Positions 1-11,952 of a stretch of 64,000 nt of DNA are shown here, in pieces. The DNA is from Eremomyces bilateralis CBS 781.70 (lineage: Eukaryota). Location of the stretch: the NCBI GenBank assembly GCA_010015585.1, contig ML975160.1. The stretch is one strand, 5' to 3'. The notes beneath the pieces were generated by a model that saw only the letters and a list, made by a program, of their open reading frames with translations, had not been told where the DNA came from and made no database searches. Position numbers and translations under genes: made by a program. Within the stretch, counting starts at the first letter, position 1. Every line of letters begins with the position of its first letter.

Positions 1-500
1 TTGGTGATAAAATGGAGCGGTTCAACTGGCCGAGCATCTTCTCGCAATGTATCCCTGAATATGTCTTCCATCTGCATGGTGCCTCCTTTCAGCCACGTCT
101 CAATCTCGCTCATTGCTTGCTGATTGCACTGGAAGTTCGAGTTCTTTAGCTCTGCTAACGAACGCGTCGCCCGCTCCAGCGATGCAATGTAGTCTGGCAA
201 TCCCACTTGCCTGGGACCTGCTTTCACGATTCGCTCTTCTCGTCGGGCCCCCTCAACTGGCTCGAATATCCGATCGATCGCATCGATGACATGGTCGATG
301 TTGCCATTCATCGTCTGGAGCCCCGACGTGTTACCGTAGACCGGTCGAATCGCGTCTTCCATATTCTTGCCATTGGTCTCCAACCTGTTCAGGGAGCCTT
401 GGATCTTCTTCCTGAGTCCATCCAGCTTATCGATGTTGGCAGTGAGCACCTCGACTTCGGCGCTATCTTCCGCCAGGGCAGTTCGGTGGACGTCGGGCAT
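1..500 (-). CDS. EXO70: Exocyst complex subunit Exo70, N-terminal part (runs off the window start)
   Basis: Not in the ORF track. Manual translation from ATG at 500: MPDVHRTALAEDSAEVEVLTANIDKLDGLRKKIQGSLNRLETNGKNMEDAIRPVYGNTSGLQ...EDARPVEPLHFITK, open to position 1; matches the conserved fungal Exo70 N-terminus. Confidence 0.88.
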   Translation of the reverse strand, partial: MPDVHRTALAEDSAEVEVLTANIDKLDGLRKKIQGSLNRLETNGKNMEDAIRPVYGNTSGLQTMNGNIDHVIDAIDRIFEPVEGARREERIVKAGPRQVGLPDYIASLERATRSLAELKNSNFQCNQQAMSEIETWLKGGTMQMEDIFRDTLREDARPVEPLHFIT

Positions 501-1315
501 GTTGTTGGTGGTAGCGGGTCGAGTGTTCTAGAGGAGCGGTCCCTCGAAGGCGTCGATAGCTTGAGGTGCTATGTATTGTGGTGGTAAAGGATAAAACCGG
601 TTCGGGGTTCTAGTATGAGAGGGGTAGAAGACATCAGTCGTAAAGATGATCCGCTGAGATCCCGCTGGTGCGCGCTGCGGCCATTCTACATCATGACTGC
701 GCGATCAGGAGGATGACCAAAGACATCCACGCGGTAGAGAGGACAAGAGCTAGTACCGCGCATGTAGACTCCCGTAGCTGAAGTCAGGCACTTGACTGGA
801 GGGGTGCGGATAACAACGATAAGGTCCGAGTAACCAAGGAATAATACAGAGTTCCCTAAATTCTAACACCAGTATAGGTACAGGACGTCTATCCGTAGCT
901 TGGTCGATCACTTCAAGACTCAAGTTGCCTGTTGTCACTTGTCAGTTCCGTTGTCGGTCGTCACGCTTAGCTTGAGCGACAGCTGCAAGGAACAAGGAAA
1001 AGAGGCCTGTGATTGGTTCATCCCCAATACCTTACGTCAATCCGACAATATTACATTCGTGCCATGGTTCCAAGGCACAAAAAGGGACGTCAAAGTCATG
1101 ATTGTGCCCTGAGTAGTTACTTCGTACAATCATCAGACAATACCTCGAACTCATCGAAACATGGCAAGGAGATAGCTATGGTTTCCATTCGGAGGTAACC
1201 TTTCGCCAAAAAGGTACTGGTTCTACCAAGCATTCCGAGATATGACATCCAAGTCAGTTATGAATGCTATTCCACGCAACAGATGGAGGCCGTCGGCATG
1301 TCCCAGGATCAGTAA

Positions 1316-3919
1316 ATGCTATGCTTATCATTTCCCAAGGTCGGTCAAGCAATGAACAATGCAATTGCTTCGCATTCGGTTCCTAGGGTCAACGAAACAT
1401 GCTTACGAATACCTAGATCATATATATCGAGGAGGTCGCACTCGTGGCGAGCTTCGAAAGGACGCCTTCATCAGCAAAAGTCATTCATCTGTCTAGCTGG
1501 GTCCATTAGTTGCGTTGTCGTGGGATTAAGTCTCTATTTGAACGGAAACCTTGTTCCATTGTATGAAGGGCGAGCATTTTGCGATGGGCCAAGGTCGGGA
1601 CCGTCGTGGCCTTCGGAAGGGCCCGTTGTGATACACCGGGGCCGGAGGTTTAAGTCTGGTGATACTATTTCTGAAGACCCCGAACCGCTATCTCAGACAG
1701 AGGTGGTGGAGGACAATGATACTCGAAAGGAGTCGATGCCAATCGACGACACGCCCCCAGAGGATGGGCCATCAAACGTCCAATCCAACACGGGGACTGC
1801 CAACTGGTCTTCTGTTCAGGAGAAGATAACCGAGTTCTTGATCCCTGATTGGGTTCGTGTACTCCCCGAATATATCACGAAGTTACAGAAGGAAGTGTCA
1901 CGGGCACCCGGATCTCTTGCCGACATGATTTGGCAGGAAGCGAATGACCCCGAGATGCATCCGGAGATCATCTGGGACTGCCAAGTTCGTATATCGGACA
2001 CCCTGTGCGAAGAGGAACGTGCGTTCGTCAAGAAACGCAAAATGGCCACTCGAAGAGCGCTGGCCGGATACCTTGACATGAACGAAGCGGAGATCCATCT
2101 GGACGATGTGCCGACCATTGCTATCTGCGGCTCAGGAGGCGGACTTAGAGCGCTTGTTGCAGGTTCATCGTCTTACCTGTGCACTAAAGAAGCTGGATTG
2201 TTTGACTGCGCTACTTACACGGCGGGTGTAAGCGGTAGCTGCTGGTTACAGGCTCTCTACTACTCCTCTTTGACTGGTCAAAGCCACCGGAAACTGATCA
2301 ATCATCTGAAACGCCGACTGGGAGTGCACATTGCCTTCCCACCCTCCGCAATGAGCCTTCTCACAAGCGCCCCCACCGACAAGTACCTTCTTAGCGGCCT
2401 TCTTGAGAAGACGCGAGGTATGCCTGATGCTGATTTTGGCATCGTGGACGTATATGGACTGCTTTTAGCCGCACGTCTCATGGTGCCAAAAGGCGAGCTA
2501 GGAGTTGACGCCCTGGACATGAAAGTCTCCAGTCAGAAGCGGTTTCTAGAGTCTGGAGACCACCCGATGCCAATATATACATGCGTCCGGCACGAGATAC
2601 CGGCCGTAGACATGGACTCCCACACCGCATCGGCGGAACAGGCGCTGAAAGAGACATGGTTTCAGTGGTTCGAAATGACGCCCTACGAATTCTGGTGCGA
2701 GGAACTCGGTGCTGGCATACCGATGTGGGCTCTTGGGAGGAGTTTCCACGATGGCGCTTCGCAAAAGCGGGATAATGGCCTATATTTGCCCGAAGTTCGT
2801 CTGTCTACCCTCCTTGGGATATGGGGCTCCGCATTTTGCGCGTCGCTATCGCATTACTATAAAGAGGTTCGACCCCTTTTCAAAGGCGCGACAGGATTCG
2901 GGCGCCTTGACCATATTCTCGCCGAAAAGGACGGTGATTTGATTAAAGTACATCCGATCGAACCCGCCGCCGTTCCCAATTTCGTCGACGGCTTTAAGGA
3001 TGCACTGCCTCGACATGTGCCAGACAGCTTGGTCGAATCCCCCCAGTTGCAGCTCATGGACGCAGGGATGAGCAACAACCTTCCCGTATATCCCCTTCTG
3101 CGGCCAGGTCGTGACGTGGATATTCTCATTGCCTTCGATGCGAGTGCAGATGTGAGGACTGATAATTGGCTTCATGCTGTGGATGGATATGCCCGGCAAA
3201 GAGGGATTAAGGGATGGCCCGTCGGCGCAGGCTGGCCACCTCCCGATGCGACCGATGATGAGGTGACCGAGCAACTGGCTAGCGCACAAGCCGAGACAAA
3301 GAGAGACGTGGATGGGAAGATGGCCGCTGCAAATTCGGGCAGTAAAAGTGAAGACGCTCGCCCCCAGAACGTCGATAGACAACCAGGCTTGGGGCACAGT
3401 AGCTCGTCGAAACAGTACCGAGCATCATCTGGTGCTCCTCAGCCAGGGCACGACAAAATCGAACCTTCTTCGCGACGACAGAAGCGCGAAAAATCCGACC
3501 TCACGTTTTGCAATGTTTGGGTCGGAACGGCGGAAGAGCGCGAGTCTGACTCTGACCCACTGCCCTCCAAACTCGTGGAGCAAGATTGGGAGCTTACACG
3601 ACCAAATGCTGGCATATGCGTCATCTATTTTCCATTTCTTTCCAATCCTCGTGTCGCTAGCGTTGATCCGATGTCGTCTGATTTCATGTCGACTTGGAAC
3701 TTCGTTTATACGCCGGACCAGATCGATAAGGTGGTGTCGTTGGCACGGGCGAATTTTGAAGAGGGGAAGGACCAAACGAAGAGGACGGTCAGAGCGGTGT
3801 ACGAGAGGAAGAAGAGACTGCGGTTGGGACGGGAGGAGAGGGAATGGAAGGAAAGGTGGGCACGACGCTTGCGGATAACGAAACAAATGAAGCATCACGG
3901 CGGTGACCATTTCACCTGA
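1316..3919 (+). CDS. Cytosolic phospholipase A2-like / lysophospholipase (PLA2c domain)
   Basis: Intronless 867-aa ORF with GSGGGLRA oxyanion motif, GVSGSCW catalytic Ser and LMDAG catalytic Asp. Start may be 1316 or 1352. Confidence 0.9.
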   Translation: MLCLSFPKVGQAMNNAIASHSVPRVNETCLRIPRSYISRRSHSWRASKGRLHQQKSFICLAGSISCVVVGLSLYLNGNLVPLYEGRAFCDGPRSGPSWPSEGPVVIHRGRRFKSGDTISEDPEPLSQTEVVEDNDTRKESMPIDDTPPEDGPSNVQSNTGTANWSSVQEKITEFLIPDWVRVLPEYITKLQKEVSRAPGSLADMIWQEANDPEMHPEIIWDCQVRISDTLCEEERAFVKKRKMATRRALAGYLDMNEAEIHLDDVPTIAICGSGGGLRALVAGSSSYLCTKEAGLFDCATYTAGVSGSCWLQALYYSSLTGQSHRKLINHLKRRLGVHIAFPPSAMSLLTSAPTDKYLLSGLLEKTRGMPDADFGIVDVYGLLLAARLMVPKGELGVDALDMKVSSQKRFLESGDHPMPIYTCVRHEIPAVDMDSHTASAEQALKETWFQWFEMTPYEFWCEELGAGIPMWALGRSFHDGASQKRDNGLYLPEVRLSTLLGIWGSAFCASLSHYYKEVRPLFKGATGFGRLDHILAEKDGDLIKVHPIEPAAVPNFVDGFKDALPRHVPDSLVESPQLQLMDAGMSNNLPVYPLLRPGRDVDILIAFDASADVRTDNWLHAVDGYARQRGIKGWPVGAGWPPPDATDDEVTEQLASAQAETKRDVDGKMAAANSGSKSEDARPQNVDRQPGLGHSSSSKQYRASSGAPQPGHDKIEPSSRRQKREKSDLTFCNVWVGTAEERESDSDPLPSKLVEQDWELTRPNAGICVIYFPFLSNPRVASVDPMSSDFMSTWNFVYTPDQIDKVVSLARANFEEGKDQTKRTVRAVYERKKRLRLGREEREWKERWARRLRITKQMKHHGGDHFT

Positions 3920-4062
3920 AGGGAATTCAATCAATCGTTCGATTTTCCGGAGATTCTTCCATCCTTGTTCCCACCTAGACGCCATAAATACACGGCAAGC
4001 AAGACGGCCCAGCACCTGAGACTCCAGTATCCTGGAATAGTTGAACCGAATCCCTCCCAATA

Positions 4063-4773
4063 CTAGATCCAATCGTCGTAACCGGAGGCATCGTACATGT
4101 ACGAGTAGGGGGAATAATATGACGGGAAATCATCGAAATCGTCGTCTATCCAGTCGGAGTCGTACAAGTCGTCTCCATAGAAGTCGTAAGGGGAGTCGAA
4201 TGCCCGCCGTTGCCCACCCAATAACGACCTCCGCCACGAACCACCGTGTCGACCGCCTCGCCCTAACGAACCGAACCGTCCTGACATCCCGTATCTGGAG
4301 CGGAGAGGATCTCGGAAACCGCTGCGACTTGAACCAAGCCGGCCGATGCCTCGCATTCCCCGCATCCCCGATAATCCCATTCCCATTCCGGTCCCCATCC
4401 CCGATGACCCCATCCCCATTCCTGACCCCATCCCCATTCCTGACCCCATCCCCATTCCTGACCCCATCCCCATTCCTGTCCCCATCCCCATTCCTGACCC
4501 CATCCCCATTCCTGTCCCCATTCCCATTCCTGTCCCCATCCCTGTCCCCATCCCCATCCCATACCCTCCCATGTATGGGCTTCCTAGCATCGGGTTGCAT
4601 TGACCTCCGAGGCCGTAGCCATAACCGTAGCCGTAGCCACGCCGCTGCGAGTTTTGACGGTCGAACCGGTCGCGATTTCGGGATTGGTTGAGTCCACCGC
4701 TTCCATTGCTGAAGTTGTAAAAGCCACGCGAGGGAGAGCTAAGCGTCATGCCCTGTCTACTGAGAGGATCCAT
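4063..4773 (-). CDS. Orphan Gly/Met-rich low-complexity protein
   Basis: Open frame from ATG 4773 to TAG 4063 with coherent blocks: GYGYGY, (GMGMGS/T)n, an Arg/Gly block and an Asp/Tyr tail. No recognisable family. Confidence 0.55.
   Translation of the reverse strand: MDPLSRQGMTLSSPSRGFYNFSNGSGGLNQSRNRDRFDRQNSQRRGYGYGYGYGLGGQCNPMLGSPYMGGYGMGMGTGMGTGMGMGTGMGMGSGMGMGTGMGMGSGMGMGSGMGMGSGMGMGSSGMGTGMGMGLSGMRGMRGIGRLGSSRSGFRDPLRSRYGMSGRFGSLGRGGRHGGSWRRSLLGGQRRAFDSPYDFYGDDLYDSDWIDDDFDDFPSYYSPYSYMYDASGYDDWI
4376..4561. repeat. Coding minisatellite, 18-bp unit CCCCATCCCCATTCCTG(A/T), built from 6-bp subunits
   Basis: Visible tandem copies; encodes GMGMGS/GMGMGT on the minus strand. Confidence 0.9.
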
Positions 4774-6301
4774 GCTCTTCAAGTTCGACTGTCAATGTGC
4801 GGTGGGAGGCACTTGCGGATATTAATATCCGCTCAATAGAGAGGCCTTCTCAGCTCCGGCTGTCAAACGAAGCTTGCCTTGTGTCAAGCACTGACTTGCG
4901 GCCTGCTCGCTGCCCAAGCGAAACCAGCAAGCGAAATGGGGGGTTGGTAATCTGCAAGGGCAAATCTGAGTACACATTCAAATGGTTCCGATGTTCCTAT
5001 GAATGCTCTGCAGTTGAGCAAGGAAGTTGTGAGATAGGAGTCAATGCCCCTGAAAGGCAGTTGAGCAGTTTGAGTAGCCTTGGTGGTAAGGGAGGTAGGT
5101 CTGTTCCAGATGCTGTCCATTGTTGCGGGACGAAGAATGGATCCAAGGGTCGGTGGGGCTACATATACGTGGAGAGGGGTTCAGTACAAACCTGATCAGG
5201 AGTGGCTGTTCGCTGCTTCACGGGAGCAAAGAGGGAATGTGGAGCACAGCCGTCGGTATGATGTACACTAGCATGTGATGAGTGGTAGACATTACATCTT
5301 TTGTCACGGCGAGACAAGCGATTACGCTCGATTGACATTAGTGGATCAGCTTGTGGTCCCCGGGATTTTAGGATTGAGAGAACCTGGGTGTCAAGTCTGT
5401 AGCAAACAGTTGCGCTTCTGTGGTACCACTGGGGTTCAGCACAGGACAGGAAGAGCAAACAGCATGGAGTAGCAAACAATGATGCCAGTCCTGAGCTTGC
5501 GGAAACTATTCCGTAGGCATGAAAGAAACGACTAGGCCATCAGATTGAACAGATATCGGATCAAGAGCAAATTACCAAGGCGATATGACTACCAATGACA
5601 AGAGGAGAAGAATGGGGGTTATAGCAAATGGAGAGGGACCAGCTCTGCTTCAGTGGTGTATCATATGGTTGAAGGAGGGATTAACGAAAGGGGGGGTGAT
5701 GGTGTGCGGGGCAATGTACATAGTAATTTAAGCACAGGAATGAAGAGGAGGGGATAAGAACAGTTCGGTACAGCATCTAGCAACTGAGGGTAGTTACCCA
5801 GTGAACCTGAAAGATAAGCAAGCGATGAAGGGAGTGATATTGGACACTTGGAGAGGAGATGGATGGATGGACCATGGTTGAGACGAGAGGGGACTTGGAA
5901 CCGCGAACTTGATTGGACACCTGAGGCTGTCAGGCAGTTCAAAGTTTGGCTCCAGCGAACGATAAAACCCAAGTTGTCAGCAACATAGTCATGTGACAAG
6001 ACCGATGCCTGGTCTCCAATTTCCTCCCCAGCGCGAGCTGTGACTTGTGCGTGGGAGACTCTGCTCTCTCTCTCTCTTCTACACAATCTTCACCACTGCA
6101 ACCACCACTACATCATCTAACTGATCCTTTTCCTCTCTCTGACCCTCCATTTCCTGCGCCGCTTTTGTGTCTCTTGTGACACCACCAGCCTTTTTCCCTG
6201 AGAGATCTTCAGACATTCGAAACCTCCATACAACTTCTGCTCTCCCAATTCTATTTGCTAGACCTTCCCCTAGCCACCGCCTCCTCCATCCGACTCCAAA
6301 T

Positions 6302-9300
6302 ATGGCACCCTCCACTTTCGCATCAGCAGCTGCGGGAGCCAATTCAAGCCTTTCGAGGACAGACAGCGCCGAATGGTATGTATATTGCCATGCTTGCCTC
6401 CCTTTGCTTGCTCTTCTTCCATCCTTTGTATCACAACCGGGTTCGACAGTTTCGCCTTGGGAGTGCGCCCTCGGTCCCAAGTCCGCGATATTGCTGCGAT
6501 GAAATCGCCTGCAATGTCAGGCTTTAGGACGAAAAGAAAGCCGATCCCACCCATTTTGGTGGCATGCGTTCTTTCCGTCCTATTTTTACACTGGACATGT
6601 GGACGCGTCTGGATTCACAACCTCGATTCCCACCACTTGCCCCCGACATGAATTTACTTCGCATCGCCCGCACACTTTTAAATATACCCCCCAATTGTTT
6701 TATCTCATATTCACGTCGCATTGTTTCATTCCAAACCGCCACCAGCGCTAGTCCACGATTCCAAGCACCATATTTGCCAGGTTATCAAATTGAGACTTTT
6801 CTAACGCTTCTTGAACAGGCAACGACGACCAAATGGCGCAACCCTCACCATGCGACGCCCTTCATCCGCAACGAATCCGCAACCTACTTCACGCGATCCT
6901 TCTGCTCAGCGCGATCCTCCAGCCGTAGCCGGGGTCTATGTTCCGCCTCACATGTCAAGGAACGGCGCCACGGAGCACAGATATTCAAAGGACGAGCTGC
7001 TTTCCCTCTACGGTGGACACCAAGACGGAGGTATACATGATGCCTCGGGCCTGTTCATGTCGGGATGGGATCCAAACGATGCCACAGACGGCACTACGGT
7101 CGGTGCGGACGTTTGCTGGGATAGTGGTGGACATGTGCGACCGTTGGGTCTGGTCGAGTTGTCTGCGGAAGAACGCGAAGTTTTCGCAAGTACCGTCAAC
7201 TCCCCCTTAAAACCACCGACACAAGCCGGAGGAAAAGACTCGGGCAACAAAGATGGCATGTCCATGCGCAAGACCTCAATATCCCATGGTCAGAATGGCC
7301 CCGATAAATATGGACTCTCCTCTCCGACTTCTGCTCGCCCCAACCGGCGTCGTGAGGCCGGCGACGCATATCCCTTCCCTTCGGCTTCCAACCCGACTCT
7401 CGGCTCCCGGCTCTCGAAAGACGACTCGGCTAACGTCACGCCCCCACCATCGATCCTTCGACGGCTAACGGATTTCAAGGATGGCGGAGAAGAAAAGGAG
7501 CACCTGCGCGAGCGGGAGGGTGCTGCTGACCTATCTACACCGATCAGTGGGTTTAAACGGGGCGCCGGCGGACATGGCAACGCGATACCCGGCTCCGGGT
7601 CTCCATGGCCAGCGTCATCGCCCAGCAACGCATTCGCCCCTACGGGGACTTTCGGGAATTTCGGGCTTGGTGGTCACGGTCAGCCTGCCGCAGGCGACAA
7701 AAGACCAGGTTTCGGCAGTATGAGAGGCGAGAGCAGATTCAAAGGTTTGATGAAAGATGCCACGGAGGACCCACCGTCTTCGCGCGGGGGCCACGATCGA
7801 CAGGCCGAGCTAGAAACGGACCGCATCCAATCGTGGATGGAGGCGCGCACTCGCCGAACAACGAGCAATATCACCGACCCTTTCCCTGACGACGATGGAC
7901 AAAGCGGAAGTGCCGCTCTACTCGAGGAAAGCTCGCCCCATGAAGTCTCTAGCGTCGGCACTTCGAGCAGAGTTGAGACCAGAGGAGGTCCAGGATTGGC
8001 TGCCTTCGGCATGACAGCGGACAACGCTGGTTTCTCTCGCGATGTGCAGCACGAGACGCCTGCCAAACAGAAGGCCCCGCAAGGGACGCATGAACCAATG
8101 AGTCCTACCGATACCAACCCATACCAGAGTCCCGATCATGAGCGTACCGATCACGATGAAGCTGCCATGAATGGTTCGGATATTCTTCAGAATCGGCTTC
8201 CCCGGCTTAGCGAATTCAGCGCCGATCCTAACATGACAACTCTACCTGGCCTTGGATCAATTGGTGGATTCGGACGGACCCAAGTCACATTCGATCCGGC
8301 CGGCAGTGATAGGAGCCAGACCTCTAGCGCAGGGCCTTCGCGAGGCGGATTCCCTAACCTGGGTGGACTTGGAGGGCTCCCTGGACTCGGGGGTCCCTCG
8401 GGATGGTCCAATGCTCCCGGCACTTCCACACCCTCAAAAGAGCGCGCTGGATTCGCGTCTTTCGGAGATGGGATGTTCGGTTCCATGGCGGACCTTCAAT
8501 CGCCCAATTTGGCAGGGCTCGGATCAAGCAATATGTTTGGTCCTGGAGCTACCCCCGGGGGCGCCACGGGGACCATCGGACGTGGCGGGAAGATTGGTTC
8601 CCTGTTCCCACAGGCTCTACAAGACCAAATGCGTGCAAGTGAGATCCCTAAACTGGGCGAGGAGAATGCCAATGATGGTGGTCCGTCCGTGTTTGGTTCC
8701 ATCGGAAAGCCTGGATTCGGGTTTTCGGGTCCACCCCGGGACTCGGAAAGCCCTCTCCGAACCGCTCGGAGTTTCTTTGACGAGGTCCCTGGACCTGGGA
8801 TCCGCCCAGAAGCGCAGCATGCTGGTAGTGATCCGGGCTTTACTTCTCCTCTGCAGCAGCTTGGCAGCGTATCCGCATCGATTCCTCCAAATCTGGGTAT
8901 TCAACGTGGCATCGCTCCCCAAGCCCAGCCCGCCTCCACTCCTGGAACGGGCCAGCCTCCTCCGGCCCAGCAGCGAACCATGGTGATGCCCGATCGAATG
9001 CGATGGATCTACAAAGATCCGCAAGGCAACACGCAGGGGCCATGGTCCGGCCTGGAAATGCACGAGTGGTACAAAGCGGGCTACTTCACGGCCGAGCTTC
9101 TGGTCAAGAAAGCGGAGGATATAGATTACGAGCCTCTCGCAAGCCTCATTCGGCGTATAGGAAATTCTCGCGAGCCATTTCTCGTTCCCCAAATCGGCAT
9201 CCCACACGGGCCCCCTACCGGCCACTACGCTGGCGGAACAGGTGCTTCGGTGGGAACTCAACCTCCATTCGCCAATAGCTTCCCTAGCTTTGGGACCACC

Positions 9301-11405
9301 CTCACTGCTGAGCAGCAGAATGCTTTGGAAAGACGTAAGCAAGAGGAGCAGTACCTGATGGCTCGCCAAAAGGAACACCTCGCTCAACAACAGCTGCTTT
9401 CCAAGCAGATGATGCAGGGCCAATCGAGCATTCTTCCGCCGTCATTGAACCACCATGGCAGTGCACAAAGCCTTCAGAGCCAGCCCAGTTTCGGATCCAT
9501 CACTTCCCCTACCGGATATCAACTTCCGTCTGCTCAAGGGTCCGTTCCTGGACCTCCAGGATCTGGCTCCCTTGAAGGAATGTATCGCGGACCTGGCGCT
9601 CCAGGAACATCTTCAAGCACTCAAATCCCTCCTATTGGCAGTGGGCCCGATGCCCATCGTCCCAATGAGGTTGCAATGATGGAACGGTTGTCGATCGGCC
9701 GAGGCCAACAACCTCCAGCCCAGTGGCACCAAATGCAAACCGATCTACATTCGCACCAGGCTGCTGCCATCGCGAACGAACGAGCGCGCCTTCAACGGGA
9801 ACAGTCGGAATTCGATTCCCTTCAGCAGCGACCCGGTCCAGCAAACCAGCAAGCTCAGCTGACATTCGAACGGCTTCAGGAATTCCATGACCTTCGAAAA
9901 CAGATCGAGAATGAACAGCAGGCCGGCATGGATCCCTCATACGAAGGGCATAATGAGCAACTCGCAGCCCTTGCCCATCAGATTCACCAAGCCCAGCTTG
10001 AAGCCTCGACCGCTCCGAGCCAGATCTCGTCCCATGAAGACTACGGCGTGGAAGAAACCATCGCGGACAGTATGCTTTCTCTGTCCGAGCAAGTCCAGAA
10101 GGTCGTCTCTGCAAAGCAGACCCCCACTGTACAGTCGCCTTGGCAACGGATGGACCCATCACATTCTCAGCCCTTGCCGCCGCCACAGTCCAACTCACCC
10201 ATGCCTGCGCCCGTCGCTCAACGTAAACAGAACGTCGCCGAAGCGTTACACGCGGAGTCGCGTTCCCAGAATCAGACTCCTTCCGTTGATACACCAAGCA
10301 CTTCGCTCGCGCCTTGGGCAAAAGATGTGGCGGAACCGATCAAAGGCCCGTCACTTAAGGAAATTCAGGAAGCCGAGGCCAGGAAAGCCGCCCAACAGGA
10401 GGAGGTCGCGGCGGCTGCTCGTCGTGCGATCCTGGAGAGAGAGATGCTTAATCAGAAAAACCAAGCTCCCGTGCCAGCTCCGGGTTTGCCTTCTAGCTCA
10501 ACCTGGGGCAACGCGCAACCTCCGACTCCTCAAGCCCCAGCCGTGCCACCGTGGGCGAAGCCGACCGTCAGTAAGGCGGCACCGCAGAACAACGCACCAA
10601 AGAAGACCCTACAGCAGATTCAAAACGAGGAAGAGGCGCGGAAACGAGCGGCCGTGGCGGCAGCAGCAGCGGTAGCGAGTACGGCGAGCCCCAGCAGCCC
10701 ATCCCCCTCCTTGTCGACCGGTAAGCGGTATGCCGACCTTGCCAGCAAAGTTGTTCCAGCTCCGTCAAGTGCCAGCGGTGCTAGTGGTGTCGGTGGTGCT
10801 AGTGGTGCCTGGATGACGGTTGGTGCAGGAGGCAAGCCCAAGCTTCCAGCAACTACCCCTACAGCTCCTGCTGCGATCCGATCCAATAGCACGGCGAATG
10901 TGGCGGCCGCTAGGCCTAAGCCGGTCACCATCGCTTCACGAAGCACGACCGCAGGTTCCGGACCTATCGGCCAAGTGAACGCACACGAAGAATTCAAGAA
11001 GTGGGGAGTTGCCGAGCTTCGCCATGATCTTAATAAGGGTATCAATGGTGAGTTGACAAATTACTTCTGGTCAATGATGATGTCAGCTAACATGAAATAG
11101 TTGATGACTTTGTTCAAACGCTCCTCAGCCTCCCATCCGAAATGGACGTGATCACCGAGGCGGTCCATTCCGTGTCTCAAACCATGGACAGCCGCCACTT
11201 CGCCGAAGAATTCATTCGACGCAACAAGCTTGCTGCGAAGGGCATCGTCGAAACAACGAACACGGCGTCCCCTTCCACTGCGAGCGACAACAAAAGCGGC
11301 GGCTGGAGCGAGGTCGCGAAGAAGGGTGGCAGTGTTAGCACGACCAAGGAGGAGCCGAACAATTTCCGCGTGGTCGCAGCGAAGAAGAAGGGCGGCAAGC
11401 GCTGA
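6302..11405 (+). CDS. GYF-domain protein (Smy2/Mpd2/GIGYF-like)
   Basis: Exons 6302-6375, 6819-11047, 11101-11405 splice in frame (SAEW-QRRPNG; GIN-VDDFVQ). GYF domain WIYKDPQGNTQGPWSGLEMHEWYKAGYF; also SLKEIQEAE and KTLQQIQNEE motifs. Confidence 0.92.
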
Positions 11406-11952
11406 ATATGTGGTCTTACTGTTTGCCATGTCGAGCACCCTCGGAACAGTAATTCCTATTTCTCTTTTTTAAACAGCATTGGGAGGCATTGTCGAGCGTG
11501 CATTTCATGTTAGATCCACGGTGCTGCATAGCGGCTCTACAAGGCGATGATGATGCATCAAGAAGGGGTGGTCCGCAAGGCCGTGCGTGTACGACCAGTC
11601 TTAAATTCATTGTAGCATAGCTAAATTTTAATCGACTCCACTACACGAAGCGCAAAGTAGTGAGGACCGAATAATCGTCGTCATTCGGAAACAAAATATT
11701 CAAGGGTAATCCGATTCCTATTGTCGTCATAGGGTCAATGATCTCATCAGACGGAATGGACCGATCCGTTGCCCACATCCCCCACATCCCGTGCAGAGTA
11801 CCGAACTCCTTCCTTTTGACTCATCAGCTAACTTACGGCTTCTATTCCGCCTAGTTGTTCGTTTCTGCTACATTATTTGAAGATAATAGTAAGTACTAGA
11901 CTTCAACTTGACATGATACTCGTCCACGAAATCATCAAGCAGTGTTCTCATC

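Noticed and set aside
207..587. 126-aa plus-strand ORF
   Set aside because: Antisense shadow of EXO70.
4041..4691. Alternative-frame repeat ORFs (PSPFLT, PIPIPD, GWGQEW, GDGVRN)
   Set aside because: By-products of the stop-free 18-bp minisatellite. Only the Gly-Met frame has compositionally coherent flanks, though the frame is not proven.
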